NCBI GenBank assembly: GCA_963820625.1
Contig: CAWGAV010000010.1
Span: 83,915 to 147,914, forward strand
Length of the DNA stretch: 64,000 nucleotides
Origin: an uncultured delta proteobacterium
Lineage (GTDB): Bacteria; Desulfobacterota; BSN033; UBA1163
Direction of reading: 5' to 3'
Within the stretch, counting starts at the first letter, position 1. Each line of letters starts with the position of its first letter. The notes under the pieces are model-generated. The model was given only the letters and a program-made list of their open reading frames with translations. It was not told the origin of the DNA and searched no databases. Position numbers and translations under genes: made by a program. This document shows positions 51,173 to 60,538 of this stretch, in pieces.

Positions 51173-51460
51173 TTACAAGTTCAATCTACCTTCACTTGCT
51201 CTTGTAGTATGGCCTCCTAAATTTTTTGAAAGTTTTTGAATTCTTCGCATCGCCTGGCTAAACTTGTCGGAATTGAACCACCTTTTTTCATTTAGATGAC
51301 TAATCCAAGAAACAGAGTCCTCCAAGAATCGCTTTAACTCGATATCATACGATCGCGAAGGCTCGCATCCGGGGCAGGTAAGTAACACGGTCCCATCATC
51401 GACCAAGAAAGTTATATAGACCCTACCACCCAAATCTTTTCTGCAAATCTCGCATTTCAT
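51173..51460 (-). CDS. Zn-finger-like hypothetical protein
   Basis: CEIC...CPGC; starts 2 nt after the primase stop. Confidence 0.6.
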   Translation of the reverse strand: MKCEICRKDLGGRVYITFLVDDGTVLLTCPGCEPSRSYDIELKRFLEDSVSWISHLNEKRWFNSDKFSQAMRRIQKLSKNLGGHTTRASEGRLNL

Positions 51461-51462
51461 TT

Positions 51463-53214
51463 CTACTCTCCAGATTGCCTCGAAAACTCTTTACAAATAT
51501 TTTCTTTTCCTAATCGTTTCCGAGCAACCTTGTATTGATTAGGTGTTTCATGATAGAGGTTTGGAGTCTTAGCAGGCTTAGACCAATCCCCAATCTTCGT
51601 AAAAATACATCCATCAACTAACTTATATTCAAGTTCAAGATGATTAGGATTAAACTTCTTATCAAACCAATTCTTACACTTCACAATTTTAATCTTCGAC
51701 GCTTCCATTGCAAGAGCTAACCGTGGCCTTTCTATCGTTCCTAATCCACCACGCCCGAGGTCTTGACCATAATTCTTTTGAATACCAATAACGGCAATAC
51801 CATCCCGGAGCTTTCCATAAATATGTTCAAGGAATTCACCTACCTTATAAAACTCCTTCCCTTCTCCCCCTGTCATATCGAGATAATCGATGATGTTTAA
51901 ATCGTCTGGGAACATCACATCTGAGAAATTTGAGGAGCGTTCGATCATCTCGCATTTCTTCATCCACTCTTCTTTAGGGATCCCAAAGTTCGCCAGGCGG
52001 TCCCACAATTCATCGGCTCCCATTTCAGAGCTAAAGTAATGGACCTTGAACTTATCCATGTTCATCCGAGCCACGTTAAACAGGAAGGCACTCTTGCCCG
52101 AATCGGGCGTTCCCATAACCGAGATTAGGTTCTTGGAAAAGGGTCTATAAAATTTTTCAATCTCGAAAGGCCATCTCATATCAAGTGGTTTACCCGAAGC
52201 ACTCTGGAGGTCGACCTTGATATATTCTCGCTCAATTCGGCGATAGGCCCCCCGCTTATCCCCGTATCTCTCAATAACACCTTCCTCTGCCAACCGGCGC
52301 AACGCCACATTTGCAGCATGCCGTTCTTCTTTTGTGACTAATTGTGACTCCCTGTGCACATCTGTGACTAAAAAGTGACCAGATGTGACTAACACCCACT
52401 CCCGGATCTCCTCTGTCAGATTACGCTTCCGCTGTTCGACCCGTTTCAGCGCGGATTTGATTTTCTCCTCGACTTCAGAAACCGGGAAAGGTGGATTACA
52501 GGATTTAGCAAGGATTTCAAGGTATTGGCGAACCTTTTCGGGCGGCGTATGCGATTTAATAAGGCAGTTGGCAAGGTGGAAGAGGTCATTATCTCTTCTC
52601 CCTTCCGTTAATATTTTGTGACTACCTGTGACTACCTGTGACTCTGTGTGACTAACTTTTTCTTCCTCACACACCTTAAATGCATAAGAATTAATAAAAG
52701 ATATATAAGTACTCGGCAGGTCGGCAGGTTCGGATTCTTCAATACTGAGAAGCCATTTGTAAGCCTGTCCAGTGCCATTAATGGATGGAGGAGCAATTAC
52801 ATAACCACCTTCACCGCGAAAGTCACACCCAGGTATAGTTCTTGCGTTATTGGAAATTGGCTTCTCGGGTGCCCTAAAATAAAGGTGCTGGCCCCCCTTG
52901 GGAGTTTTAGAGGTAGGGGTTAAGAGGGAATCTGGAACATATTGTGTAATGGCGTCCTGGCCCTCCTGGGTATCGATGTCGATTGCAACAACGCCGCTGA
53001 TCGATCCAGTAACTATACCGATCATGGCAGTGGGCCAATGAGTCCACCAAGATTTGATTTCGTCGGAAGTTGCTCTTCGTTTTTGATAAGGCTCCCATTT
53101 GATATAAGCTTTTTTATTAGGTTTAACTGGAATTATTGAGAAATCAAATTTTTCAGCATAGATTAAAGCAGCCTCTAAAAGGGAGGCCGAATCAAGCCTG
53201 AGATTGTTTACCAT
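51463..53214 (-). CDS. Primase-polymerase / PriCT / DnaB-RecA-type helicase replication protein
   Basis: Prim-Pol (IGIVTG...IDID...TPKGGQHLYF...DFRGEGGYVIAPPS), PriCT (EGRRDNDLF...CNPPF), Walker A GTPDSGKS, FSSEM, IIDY. Confidence 0.88.
   Translation of the reverse strand: MVNNLRLDSASLLEAALIYAEKFDFSIIPVKPNKKAYIKWEPYQKRRATSDEIKSWWTHWPTAMIGIVTGSISGVVAIDIDTQEGQDAITQYVPDSLLTPTSKTPKGGQHLYFRAPEKPISNNARTIPGCDFRGEGGYVIAPPSINGTGQAYKWLLSIEESEPADLPSTYISFINSYAFKVCEEEKVSHTESQVVTGSHKILTEGRRDNDLFHLANCLIKSHTPPEKVRQYLEILAKSCNPPFPVSEVEEKIKSALKRVEQRKRNLTEEIREWVLVTSGHFLVTDVHRESQLVTKEERHAANVALRRLAEEGVIERYGDKRGAYRRIEREYIKVDLQSASGKPLDMRWPFEIEKFYRPFSKNLISVMGTPDSGKSAFLFNVARMNMDKFKVHYFSSEMGADELWDRLANFGIPKEEWMKKCEMIERSSNFSDVMFPDDLNIIDYLDMTGGEGKEFYKVGEFLEHIYGKLRDGIAVIGIQKNYGQDLGRGGLGTIERPRLALAMEASKIKIVKCKNWFDKKFNPNHLELEYKLVDGCIFTKIGDWSKPAKTPNLYHETPNQYKVARKRLGKENICKEFSRQSGE
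52331..52655. repeat. Two arrays of 10-bp-periodic TGTGACT iterons inside the primase gene (candidate origin)
   Basis: GTGAC at 52334, 52344, (52354 variant), 52364, 52375, 52385 and 52618, 52628, 52638, 52648. Confidence 0.8.
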
Positions 53215-53508
53215 CTATTTTCTCCATTTCCTTCTCATAGGCAAACAGGACCGCAACATCGATCCTTTGCTTCTGTTCAGAAGGAATTGTCAAAACTCCT
53301 TTGTATTTTATTTCGCCCGTTGAGGGGTCCTTCCAGGATACTTGGGGGGAGACACGAATGCCCGCCCTCCGTTTTGCTTGATTACCCTGAAGTCTCGAAC
53401 AATCCAGTCTCCGGCCTGAATATCGGCAAATGCACGGATAGACCTATTGTTTTGGATTAAACGGATTTCAAGAACCCTGATTGGTTGAAAGATTGAATCG
53501 TGGGACAC
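53192..53508 (-). pseudogene. SpoVG-like nucleic-acid-binding protein, frameshifted at a C6 run
   Basis: IRAFADI...VRDFRVI...FVSPP, then in the shifted frame QVSWKDPSTGEIKYKGVL...IDVAVLFAYE; shift at 53344-53349. Confidence 0.7.
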
Positions 53509-53618
53509 GGACGACCCTTCTTAGACCCTTGGATTCGCGAGCCATCCGTGGTATGGGTAGGCAGTAAGCGAGGATAATTATTGAACCGCCTCTTTGTGGA
53601 GGTAGGTTATTTTCTAAG

Positions 53619-53759
53619 CTATTTAGGGAAACGTTTCTTGAAAACTATGGTTTTTTCCTTATCCCTCTTTAAAGAATTACCTTTCTTGGGAGAAGAGGAA
53701 CCATTCACCGGGGTTAGCTTTATTTCGATTTCAACATCAAAATACTTAGTTGCTGCCAT
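53619..53759 (-). CDS. 46-aa basic hypothetical (MAATKYFDVEIEIKL...KKRFPK)
   Basis: Hand-translated; strong AGGAGGTGA RBS. Confidence 0.5.
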   Translation of the reverse strand: MAATKYFDVEIEIKLTPVNGSSSPKKGNSLKRDKEKTIVFKKRFPK

Positions 53760-53837
53760 ATCACCTCCTGTCGGGTATTAAACACCGCTCATTTCTATAG
53801 GAAATAAGGGGCCTAAAACACCGCCATCCCTATCTTG

Positions 53838-54590
53838 TCAACACCGTTCCTCAAGCAGAGAGGAGATAAAAGGATCGGAACACCGCCGTTTTATTTCTCC
53901 TTCCAGTAACCGTTGAATACGGTCTTCATTCTTTTTTAACCATCCAACGCGTCTTTCTACCGTCCTTTTGGGTATGCATAACTTCTCCGAAATGGTTTGG
54001 GCAGAAATCTTAACCGGTCTATGCTTAATAAGAAGCTTAAAAACGTCTGCGGTATATTTCCCGCCTTCATTGTCAATCATTTCTCGAATCTTCGGATCTT
54101 TCTCAATTAAATCGATTTCGTGCAAAACCACGTAATCCCAATCTTCGGGAGACGGTTTCATCTCGTCTTCATAATCGTGTGATGGTATGAATCTTATTTT
54201 TTGAGATAGCAGTTTGTCTGAGGGCAAACGAACCTTGGTCTTGATTTGCAGTTCCCATTCGGTATCTTTCAACTTCTCCACAAATTTGTCTGGGTCTCCC
54301 CCATAAGTAAATTCTTTCCCCCTATGCTTCCTTTCTCTCCATATTGCTCTTTCGGCTACTGTTATAATTTTTTCCCATTCTCCCTTAATTGCTTCGATTG
54401 CTTCTGGACTTTCAATATTTACATGCTTTTTGGGTAAAACCTCATCTATCGCCTCCATAAAAAAATAGCCTAAATCATCCGGTCTTTCCTTGACTCTCTT
54501 TGCCTTTAAACACTTCTTAAAATGGTTTAAAAGATCGGGAAAGGTATTGATCTCCTGAAAAGTTTTTTCTTTATCCCCGTGTTCTGTCAT
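53838..54590 (-). CDS. Hypothetical protein with C-terminal HTH (candidate element regulator)
   Basis: ISAQTISEKLCIPKRTVERRV; heads the leftward core run. Confidence 0.6.
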   Translation of the reverse strand: MTEHGDKEKTFQEINTFPDLLNHFKKCLKAKRVKERPDDLGYFFMEAIDEVLPKKHVNIESPEAIEAIKGEWEKIITVAERAIWRERKHRGKEFTYGGDPDKFVEKLKDTEWELQIKTKVRLPSDKLLSQKIRFIPSHDYEDEMKPSPEDWDYVVLHEIDLIEKDPKIREMIDNEGGKYTADVFKLLIKHRPVKISAQTISEKLCIPKRTVERRVGWLKKNEDRIQRLLEGEIKRRCSDPFISSLLEERC

Positions 54591-54704
54591 ATTGATCCCT
54601 CACCTGTATACTCCGTTATATTCATAATTCCCCATTCCATATCACTTTCCTTGTGCAAAATTTGATTCAATTTCCAAAATCAATACCGATTTTCTTCATT
54701 CCCA

Positions 54705-54869
54705 ATAAAAAAGCCCAGCCAAGAGGGATAGAACCATTTGCTCCTCCCTCGCAACTGGGGCATTTAGCGCGTTCGTGCCTTAGCTATGCCCGCAACTCAA
54801 GTCCTTTCGGGCTGAGAAGCCTGTTTTCAGGCTTGTAAATCTTATATCAAGGAAACCGGTTTTTGTCAA
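54705..54869 (-). ncRNA. Candidate structured leader/small RNA with promoter and terminator
   Basis: TTGACA(54869-64)-N17-TATAAG; hairpins AAGCCTG-AAAA-CAGGCTT, CC-GAAA-GG, GGGCAT...ATGCCC; terminator CCCAG..GAGGGA/TCCCTC..CTGGG + T6. Confidence 0.5.
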
Positions 54870-55139
54870 GGTTTAAATAGCCCAAACCCGGAAACACCCA
54901 CTGGATAGCGATTTCCCGCTATTCCTCTCAGTCTCCGAAGAGCCTTTAATCGGATCTGCCTCAAAGACCCCTGACTGGTCCGAGAATTTCCGGTGCTTTC
55001 GTGAGTATATGGTGATTGCTACTTTGGCTAAAAGATGAATCAGCGATACGGATATTCAGAAATTAGAATCAAAACTGGCTGGCTCGAACAAACCGGAGGT
55101 ATATCGATTTACTGCGGGTATTTGAAAAAGATGTTTAAT

Positions 55140-55538
55140 CTACCGTTTCTCTTCTATCCATTCTTTCTCAGAAATATCAAAATCTGATAATCTGTCCCAT
55201 CTTATCTTATTCGACATCTTTTTTTGACAGCGATAACCAGCCTTTTTCATACATTCAATAAGGCATTTTTGATAGGTAGTTGCGATACTACCAGCGGTGA
55301 GGTTCGTGCCAAGTCCAACAAATGGAATCCAAACAGTAGAATCTTGAACAATTTTCCAAGCATTCACTCTTTTATGAGCAATTTCCACTTCCGGGGTCTT
55401 TTCGCATTGAGATAGAGCCTCCTCAATTTCTTCCTTGGTTGTTGGGATGTTTGAACCTTCGTGTTGCCATACTCGTGCATAGGCACATCCACTCATAAGA
55501 ACCAACCCTACCAGTAAAACCAATGTCCAACGTTTCAT
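55140..55538 (-). CDS. Hypothetical lipoprotein
   Basis: Lipobox MSGC; internal hydrophobic segment; C...CM...GY. Confidence 0.7.
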   Translation of the reverse strand: MKRWTLVLLVGLVLMSGCAYARVWQHEGSNIPTTKEEIEEALSQCEKTPEVEIAHKRVNAWKIVQDSTVWIPFVGLGTNLTAGSIATTYQKCLIECMKKAGYRCQKKMSNKIRWDRLSDFDISEKEWIEEKR

Positions 55539-56046
55539 GGGTTTGCCCCCCCCTGCTTACACTATACACCCTTAGCTTTCCTTCGGTCTATCTAATATTT
55601 CCATAATTGTGGAAAACGGAAAAATCGGATTGAGACTCAACAGTTGAACGGTTCAAATTTCAGCAGGAAAGCCAGGTCTACGTTTGTAGACCAACTCCTT
55701 ACATTTGTCCACCCCAGGATGCACAGGATGAGCCAGGAGGGGAGATCGACTAATAGGACAGGGGGAAGAAAAGGGTTCAAGCTGGATCTGGATAACGGGG
55801 GGGTGCCTGTCACCTCAATAGTACACCTACAAGTCAACAAGAATGAGGTATACTAATAGACAATGATTACGGGATGAAGTTGAGCATACCATCCGCCGTG
55901 ACCGCCGCGCGCTCGCCACCCTAAGAAAAGGACTGCTTACACGCGCGGCGGAGTTAACCGAATGCTTAGAGTTCGCCATTTGCTGACTACAAAGGTCGAG
56001 GCTGACCCGCTCGCAGCGACTGTGCGGCCGAAACGCTGTTGTCGCC

Positions 56047-56454
56047 CTATTTCTTTATCCAGTCGTACAGTGGCTTACCTTTGTCAACGATGTGAACCGT
56101 AAAGAGCTTGATTGTCTTGTCTCCGACGACGGTAAATCCGCCATGTTCTACATCTCGAAGAGCCATGATCGGCGCTCCAGTGGGCATCGCAAATGGCGGT
56201 TTCCCCGGCACCTCCACCATGCCCCCCTCCAGAACGTATGCTGTCTCAATGCCGTGATGAATATGCAAGGGAAGTTGGTCGCCGGGCTTCATTTCTACCA
56301 CCGAAAGCACCACCTCCATTCCGGGCGCACCAGATAGATCAGCCCGCTTCAATTCTTTGCGGCCGGCATAGTCCTGTGCCCACAATGAGGCACCGATGGC
56401 CATCGTCAAGGCAACAAAAGCTGAACAGATCATTGCGCGTCGAATCGATTTCAT
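56047..56454 (-). CDS. Exported cupin-domain protein
   Basis: AAGGAGG RBS before MKSIRR; signal peptide; LHIHHGIETAYVLEG...EHGG...VDKGKPL. Confidence 0.8.
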   Translation of the reverse strand: MKSIRRAMICSAFVALTMAIGASLWAQDYAGRKELKRADLSGAPGMEVVLSVVEMKPGDQLPLHIHHGIETAYVLEGGMVEVPGKPPFAMPTGAPIMALRDVEHGGFTVVGDKTIKLFTVHIVDKGKPLYDWIKK

Positions 56455-57080
56455 AGTTTCCTCCTTTGACATAACCATCCCCTTCTCTTGGGTATCCAGA
56501 AACATTATTCTTCTTGAGAAATAAGCAATCATTGAAAGTGTTAAAAGCCTCCAAAGGGACATAATCTCCCTTGGAGGCTCCATATCGGCATCTTTTGGAA
56601 ACCCCATTTCATGCTACACTCCAAAAGGTTAGAAGTTAAGCTGATAGTTGGCTTTAAAAAACGATATGGTAAATATGTACTAATTCTAATTGAATAAGTC
56701 AACAAGAATTATCGATTACCATTCGAAAGGTGGTATGGAAGCACGACTTTGAACAATCACTCTTTCAGGAAGGAAGTATCGGCGCTGTTTTGTTGAGATA
56801 GGCTTTAGAATTCACTTTTTTTCATTTCCATAAAAAAAGGATTTGGAGGATATGAAAAAATAAAAGAGTGGACTGCCCTCCGAGGTCGGACATTCTGTCT
56901 CGAAGATTCAAACGGGTGGGGTAGCGATCGGTGCTTTACTTTTAGTCAACGAATTTTCTCTTGCAGGGTTGATATCATTGATAAAAATAAGATTGAAGTA
57001 GGAAAACCATTTACTATTAGTAAATAATTTTTTTTGTAAGGAGCTTCCCGAGCTGGGAAACTCCAAGGTAAGGGTGGGAT

Positions 57081-57524
57081 TTAAGCAGGTTGGGGTATCG
57101 AGGGGTTTACTTCTTTCAGTTGTGATACCGAGGAATCAGGTTTCTTTTGGATTGGCAGGATCTGGAATACACCGCTTTCTTGGATCAAGTCCTTGACTTC
57201 CTCAATCGTTTTTAATGCGTCCGTTTGTTTTTGGTCAATCTCGAACATCGAGAGGAGCGCAACTGCAACAGCAAAACATCTGCGCCGCAGTTCCATAACG
57301 TAGTTATAAACTTGATCCAAACCTATCACTCCCGGATCTTCGGGGTCCGTCTCTGGTATCGGGAGAATTGCCTCCAGGAGGGCATCCATACGGCTTCCTT
57401 CAATATATTCAGTATCCCGATCAAACAACTCCATCACCTTTTCCCATTGGATTTCTTTCTCTCTTCCACCGAGATTTTTTTTAATCTCCTCAATTGTTTC
57501 TATCCTTGCAAAGTCGGTATCCAT
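57081..57524 (-). CDS. Acidic hypothetical protein
   Basis: AAGGAGG RBS; 147-aa ORF. Confidence 0.6.
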   Translation of the reverse strand: MDTDFARIETIEEIKKNLGGREKEIQWEKVMELFDRDTEYIEGSRMDALLEAILPIPETDPEDPGVIGLDQVYNYVMELRRRCFAVAVALLSMFEIDQKQTDALKTIEEVKDLIQESGVFQILPIQKKPDSSVSQLKEVNPSIPQPA

Positions 57525-57587
57525 GGTATTCCTCCTTTTGTGCTGTCAGCACTGATAAGGTTCACATCCTAATTACCTCAACACCCA

Positions 57588-57752
57588 TTACTTCTTTGTG
57601 GTTTTATCTGCCCCGCATCCATACTGATCGAAAATTACTCCTTGGCAATTTGGCATCAACTCAAAGACCATGGTGATTACGCAAAAGGAAGAATGTTCAC
57701 AATCCTCACAATTTCCCGCCTTGACCACTACCTTCTTGCTATCCCCCGCCAT
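57588..57752 (-). CDS. Small Cys-rich hypothetical protein
   Basis: CEDCEHSSFC...C...C; purine-rich RBS. Confidence 0.4.
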   Translation of the reverse strand: MAGDSKKVVVKAGNCEDCEHSSFCVITMVFELMPNCQGVIFDQYGCGADKTTKK

Positions 57753-57856
57753 AATTTCCCCCTTTCTGCCATTGGGCAAGTTCTAAAAATTAACGATGTG
57801 ACACCTTTTCACCCCCGCCTTTTTTATCACCCCCTTTTTGTCCATAAAACAAGTGT

Positions 57857-58489
57857 CTACTGGACAACCGTTTCTACGTGTTCGAGCCCTGATTTATCAA
57901 GGCTTACAGCGCAATGATTTTGAAGGGATTTATGGACGATCGATTTTGTTAAGTTCATCTTCTTAGCAATTTGTCGAATACTTGCCCTTTCCCTTCTTAG
58001 TGCGATAAGTTGTTCTGTGTCCACCTCTACCGATGGCCTTCCCAGTTTCACACCCTTGGCCCGGGCATTGGCAATACCAGCAAGGACCCGCTCTTTAATT
58101 AGATCGGCCTCAAGTTCGGCTATGGCTGAAGTGATCGTGAACATGGCCTTGCCCATTGGAGAGCTTGTATCAATATTCTCTTTGTAAGAGATGAAGTCTA
58201 TACCAAGGTGTTTAAACTCCTCCAATGCTGTCACGAGGTGTTTTGTAGAGCGAGCGAACCTGTCAAATCTCCAGACCAACACTACACCAAAACGTTTTTT
58301 TCTGGCATCATTCATTAACAGATCCAGGGAGGGCCTTTTATCTTTCCTTCCAGAAACGCCAGAATCCACGTATTCCTTAAAAATATCTATCCCCATGGCT
58401 TGGGTATAGGACCTCAAATCTCTTAGCTGCATTTCGACATCCTGACCCTTCCCATTAGTTGAGACCCGTGCATAGATGGCAGCCCTCAT
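57857..58489 (-). CDS. Serine recombinase (resolvase/invertase family)
   Basis: YARVST, SG...RP, DRFARS, E..LIKER, GRP, C-terminal HTH. Confidence 0.93.
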   Translation of the reverse strand: MRAAIYARVSTNGKGQDVEMQLRDLRSYTQAMGIDIFKEYVDSGVSGRKDKRPSLDLLMNDARKKRFGVVLVWRFDRFARSTKHLVTALEEFKHLGIDFISYKENIDTSSPMGKAMFTITSAIAELEADLIKERVLAGIANARAKGVKLGRPSVEVDTEQLIALRRERASIRQIAKKMNLTKSIVHKSLQNHCAVSLDKSGLEHVETVVQ

Positions 58490-58632
58490 TTCTTCTCACC
58501 GCCCTTTCTTGTTTTTTTGAGATACCCTTCCAAGGCTCGAATAATCACGTCTTTTAGATCTATTCCCTCCTCGATTGCTCGATGCTTTGCCGTCTTCCAT
58601 AAATCATCAGGAATATCAACGGAAGTTTTCAT
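58486..58632 (-). CDS. 48-aa ribbon-helix-helix (CopG/ParG-like) protein
   Basis: MKTSVDIPDDLWKTAKHRAIEEGIDLKDVIIRALEGYL; ATGA-coupled to the resolvase. Confidence 0.75.
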   Translation of the reverse strand: MKTSVDIPDDLWKTAKHRAIEEGIDLKDVIIRALEGYLKKTRKGGEKK

Positions 58633-58646
58633 GGCTACACCCCTAA

Positions 58647-58699
58647 ATATCTAAGCATTTAGATATCTCCATTCTCTTAAATTTAGAAATTTTTGTCAA
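58647..58699 (-). promoter_or_regulatory. Promoter and palindromic operator of the RHH-resolvase operon
   Basis: TTGACA(58699-94)-N17-GAGAAT; palindrome ATATCTAA-GCAT-TTAGATAT at 58647-58666. Confidence 0.6.
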
Positions 58700-59255
58700 G
58701 AAAAAAATGAGGTTGTGAAAAGAATCATTTTCGGAAGAGGGGAGAGGAAGCAGAAGTATAAAAAATATGATTTAAAATCGGGTAGTTATTAAGTAAACTT
58801 AATGTAAAATATCAAGTTAAAACATAACTCATTTGAAAAGTTTGCATAGCAGAGATATTTAATTGTATTTTAATTATCAATTTGTTTTCACAAGGTTAGG
58901 TATTTTTTTCGATTGTGAGGGGCTTTCACAAGGGGAGGGTAAGGAGTAAGGTAGGCGTCGCCTATGATTGGAGCCGGGCAAGAAGAGTATTTCCCTCTTA
59001 AATCTACAAACAAAATGTCCAAGATAGGAGAAGGTTTTTAAAACTTTACTTGTTTTGTTTTTTCACCTCTTCAAAAACAATTACAGGAGATTGGTATCGT
59101 TTGATTGAAACCTTTTCCCGGTTTTTGAGGGGCCTCAATTCAAATCAGGACAGTACCGTTTTTGTGTGGTGCTCCATCAGGGGTTTGTTGATTCACCAGA
59201 AAGGGCGGTGAAGGCGACAATCATTAGTGAATTTAGAAAGGGAAATGCCTAATCG

Positions 59256-59702
59256 TTATGGTTTGCTTAGCCCTGTTATGCCAATTTGGTTTAGGCTGGT
59301 ATAAATATCGAACCTTATTTTGGGAGAATAATGTGGCGATTTCAAAACTCCCTTGTAAATCAGCTTCATAGTCTCTTTTTTTAATTCACCCTTAATTTCA
59401 ATGTCTTTATCTGCCTCTAATGATTTCTGCCATTCCGGAAATGGTGGTTCGTCAAAATCAAGAAGACAGTCTGCATCAAAGCAGGGATAGTTTTTCCTTT
59501 CAAATTTTAAGTGATTATGAGAAACCCGATTTCCTCCGGGCTTGAAATCATCCATTGAGGTGGTTGTCGTGCAAAAATGGACAATGATTGGGTTTGACAG
59601 TATCCCTGTGTCGCCCAAGTAAATAAACCATCTTGGTTTTATTTCGCTATCAATTCTCGGATATGGGAAATTATTCCACTTAAATACAGTTCCAGGTTTC
59701 AA
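59256..59702 (-). CDS. Putative toxin (PemK/MazF-like N-terminal pattern)
   Basis: PGTVF...FPY....KPRWFIYL...CTTTT; TTG start overlaps the antitoxin TGA. Confidence 0.55.
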   Translation of the reverse strand: MKPGTVFKWNNFPYPRIDSEIKPRWFIYLGDTGILSNPIIVHFCTTTTSMDDFKPGGNRVSHNHLKFERKNYPCFDADCLLDFDEPPFPEWQKSLEADKDIEIKGELKKETMKLIYKGVLKSPHYSPKIRFDIYTSLNQIGITGLSKP

Positions 59703-60265
59703 TGAGAGGCTTCTTCAAGAGATTTGTAAATAAGGTAATGTTCTTCTGAAGGAGTTAATTCTTTTTCGCCCTTATAGGTAATATCCCCTGGAAATTGGTC
59801 ATCATAATCAATAATACCGTTCTTCTCTCTCCTCCAAGTTTCTTTCCAAGCACGTATATCCTCGTGACTGGCTTCACTTATATCGGATGCCTTAACAAAT
59901 ACGTCAGCAAAAATCTCAATGAGCCGACGCATTTTTTGAATTTCGTAAGAAGAAAAATACTCCAAACTCGGATGGCCTTTTGGCATAATTATAAACTTGT
60001 CGTCTTCCAATTCCTTAAACTCGAAGCAGTCGGTCTTTAAGCCCTTTCTTTTATTATATATCTCAATTGGAACTGGTCCCCTTTCCATTGCTTTATATTT
60101 CAAGCCCAATACTGGTTGTCCAGTATCACTTAAACTTTCAAAGTCGAGAAAAGCAAGATATTTGTACAGAAATGTCTGGTGGAGAGGCTTCTTTGTTCTT
60201 TTTGCATGTTCCGCCGCAAAATAACAAATGGCGTTTTTAATTTTTTCTTCTCGGTATGCTATCAT
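59699..60265 (-). CDS. Panacea-domain (DUF4065/SocA/GepA) antitoxin
   Basis: KIKNAICYF...LYKYLAFLDF....GQPVLGLKYKAMERGPVP...SH...W. Confidence 0.8.
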   Translation of the reverse strand: MIAYREEKIKNAICYFAAEHAKRTKKPLHQTFLYKYLAFLDFESLSDTGQPVLGLKYKAMERGPVPIEIYNKRKGLKTDCFEFKELEDDKFIIMPKGHPSLEYFSSYEIQKMRRLIEIFADVFVKASDISEASHEDIRAWKETWRREKNGIIDYDDQFPGDITYKGEKELTPSEEHYLIYKSLEEASH

Positions 60266-60538
60266 GGTTTTTCGGTAGTGGGTTATTTTCGCTGTTGGAA
60301 TACCAGAAATTGGAATTCTTGTCAATAGCAAATTCCAATCTCCAGAAAAATAGTAACATCGAAGAAGACCTAAAACAATAGGGTGCTACCCTGCTTTTGA
60401 TAATAGAAGCAAGGTATATGCCATAGGGATGAGATATAACCAAAAATAAAAATTATATTTAAAATTCAGTAAGTTATATTAGCTCCAAATCAACGGAACC
60501 TAAGAGAGATTAGAAAAAAAATGGTAACAATTTACCAT

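Noticed and set aside
55637-55856. Overlapping ~70-aa ORFs on both strands
   Set aside because: No RBS or motif; probably non-coding.
55790-56935. G-rich motifs (GGGGGGGTGCC ~55797, GGGTGGGGTAG ~56914) as cos/pac packaging sites
   Set aside because: Plausible for a satellite but unsupported without the helper phage sequence.
58912-58931. CRP box TGTGA...TCACA
   Set aside because: Spacer is 7 nt rather than 6 and there is no clear promoter context.
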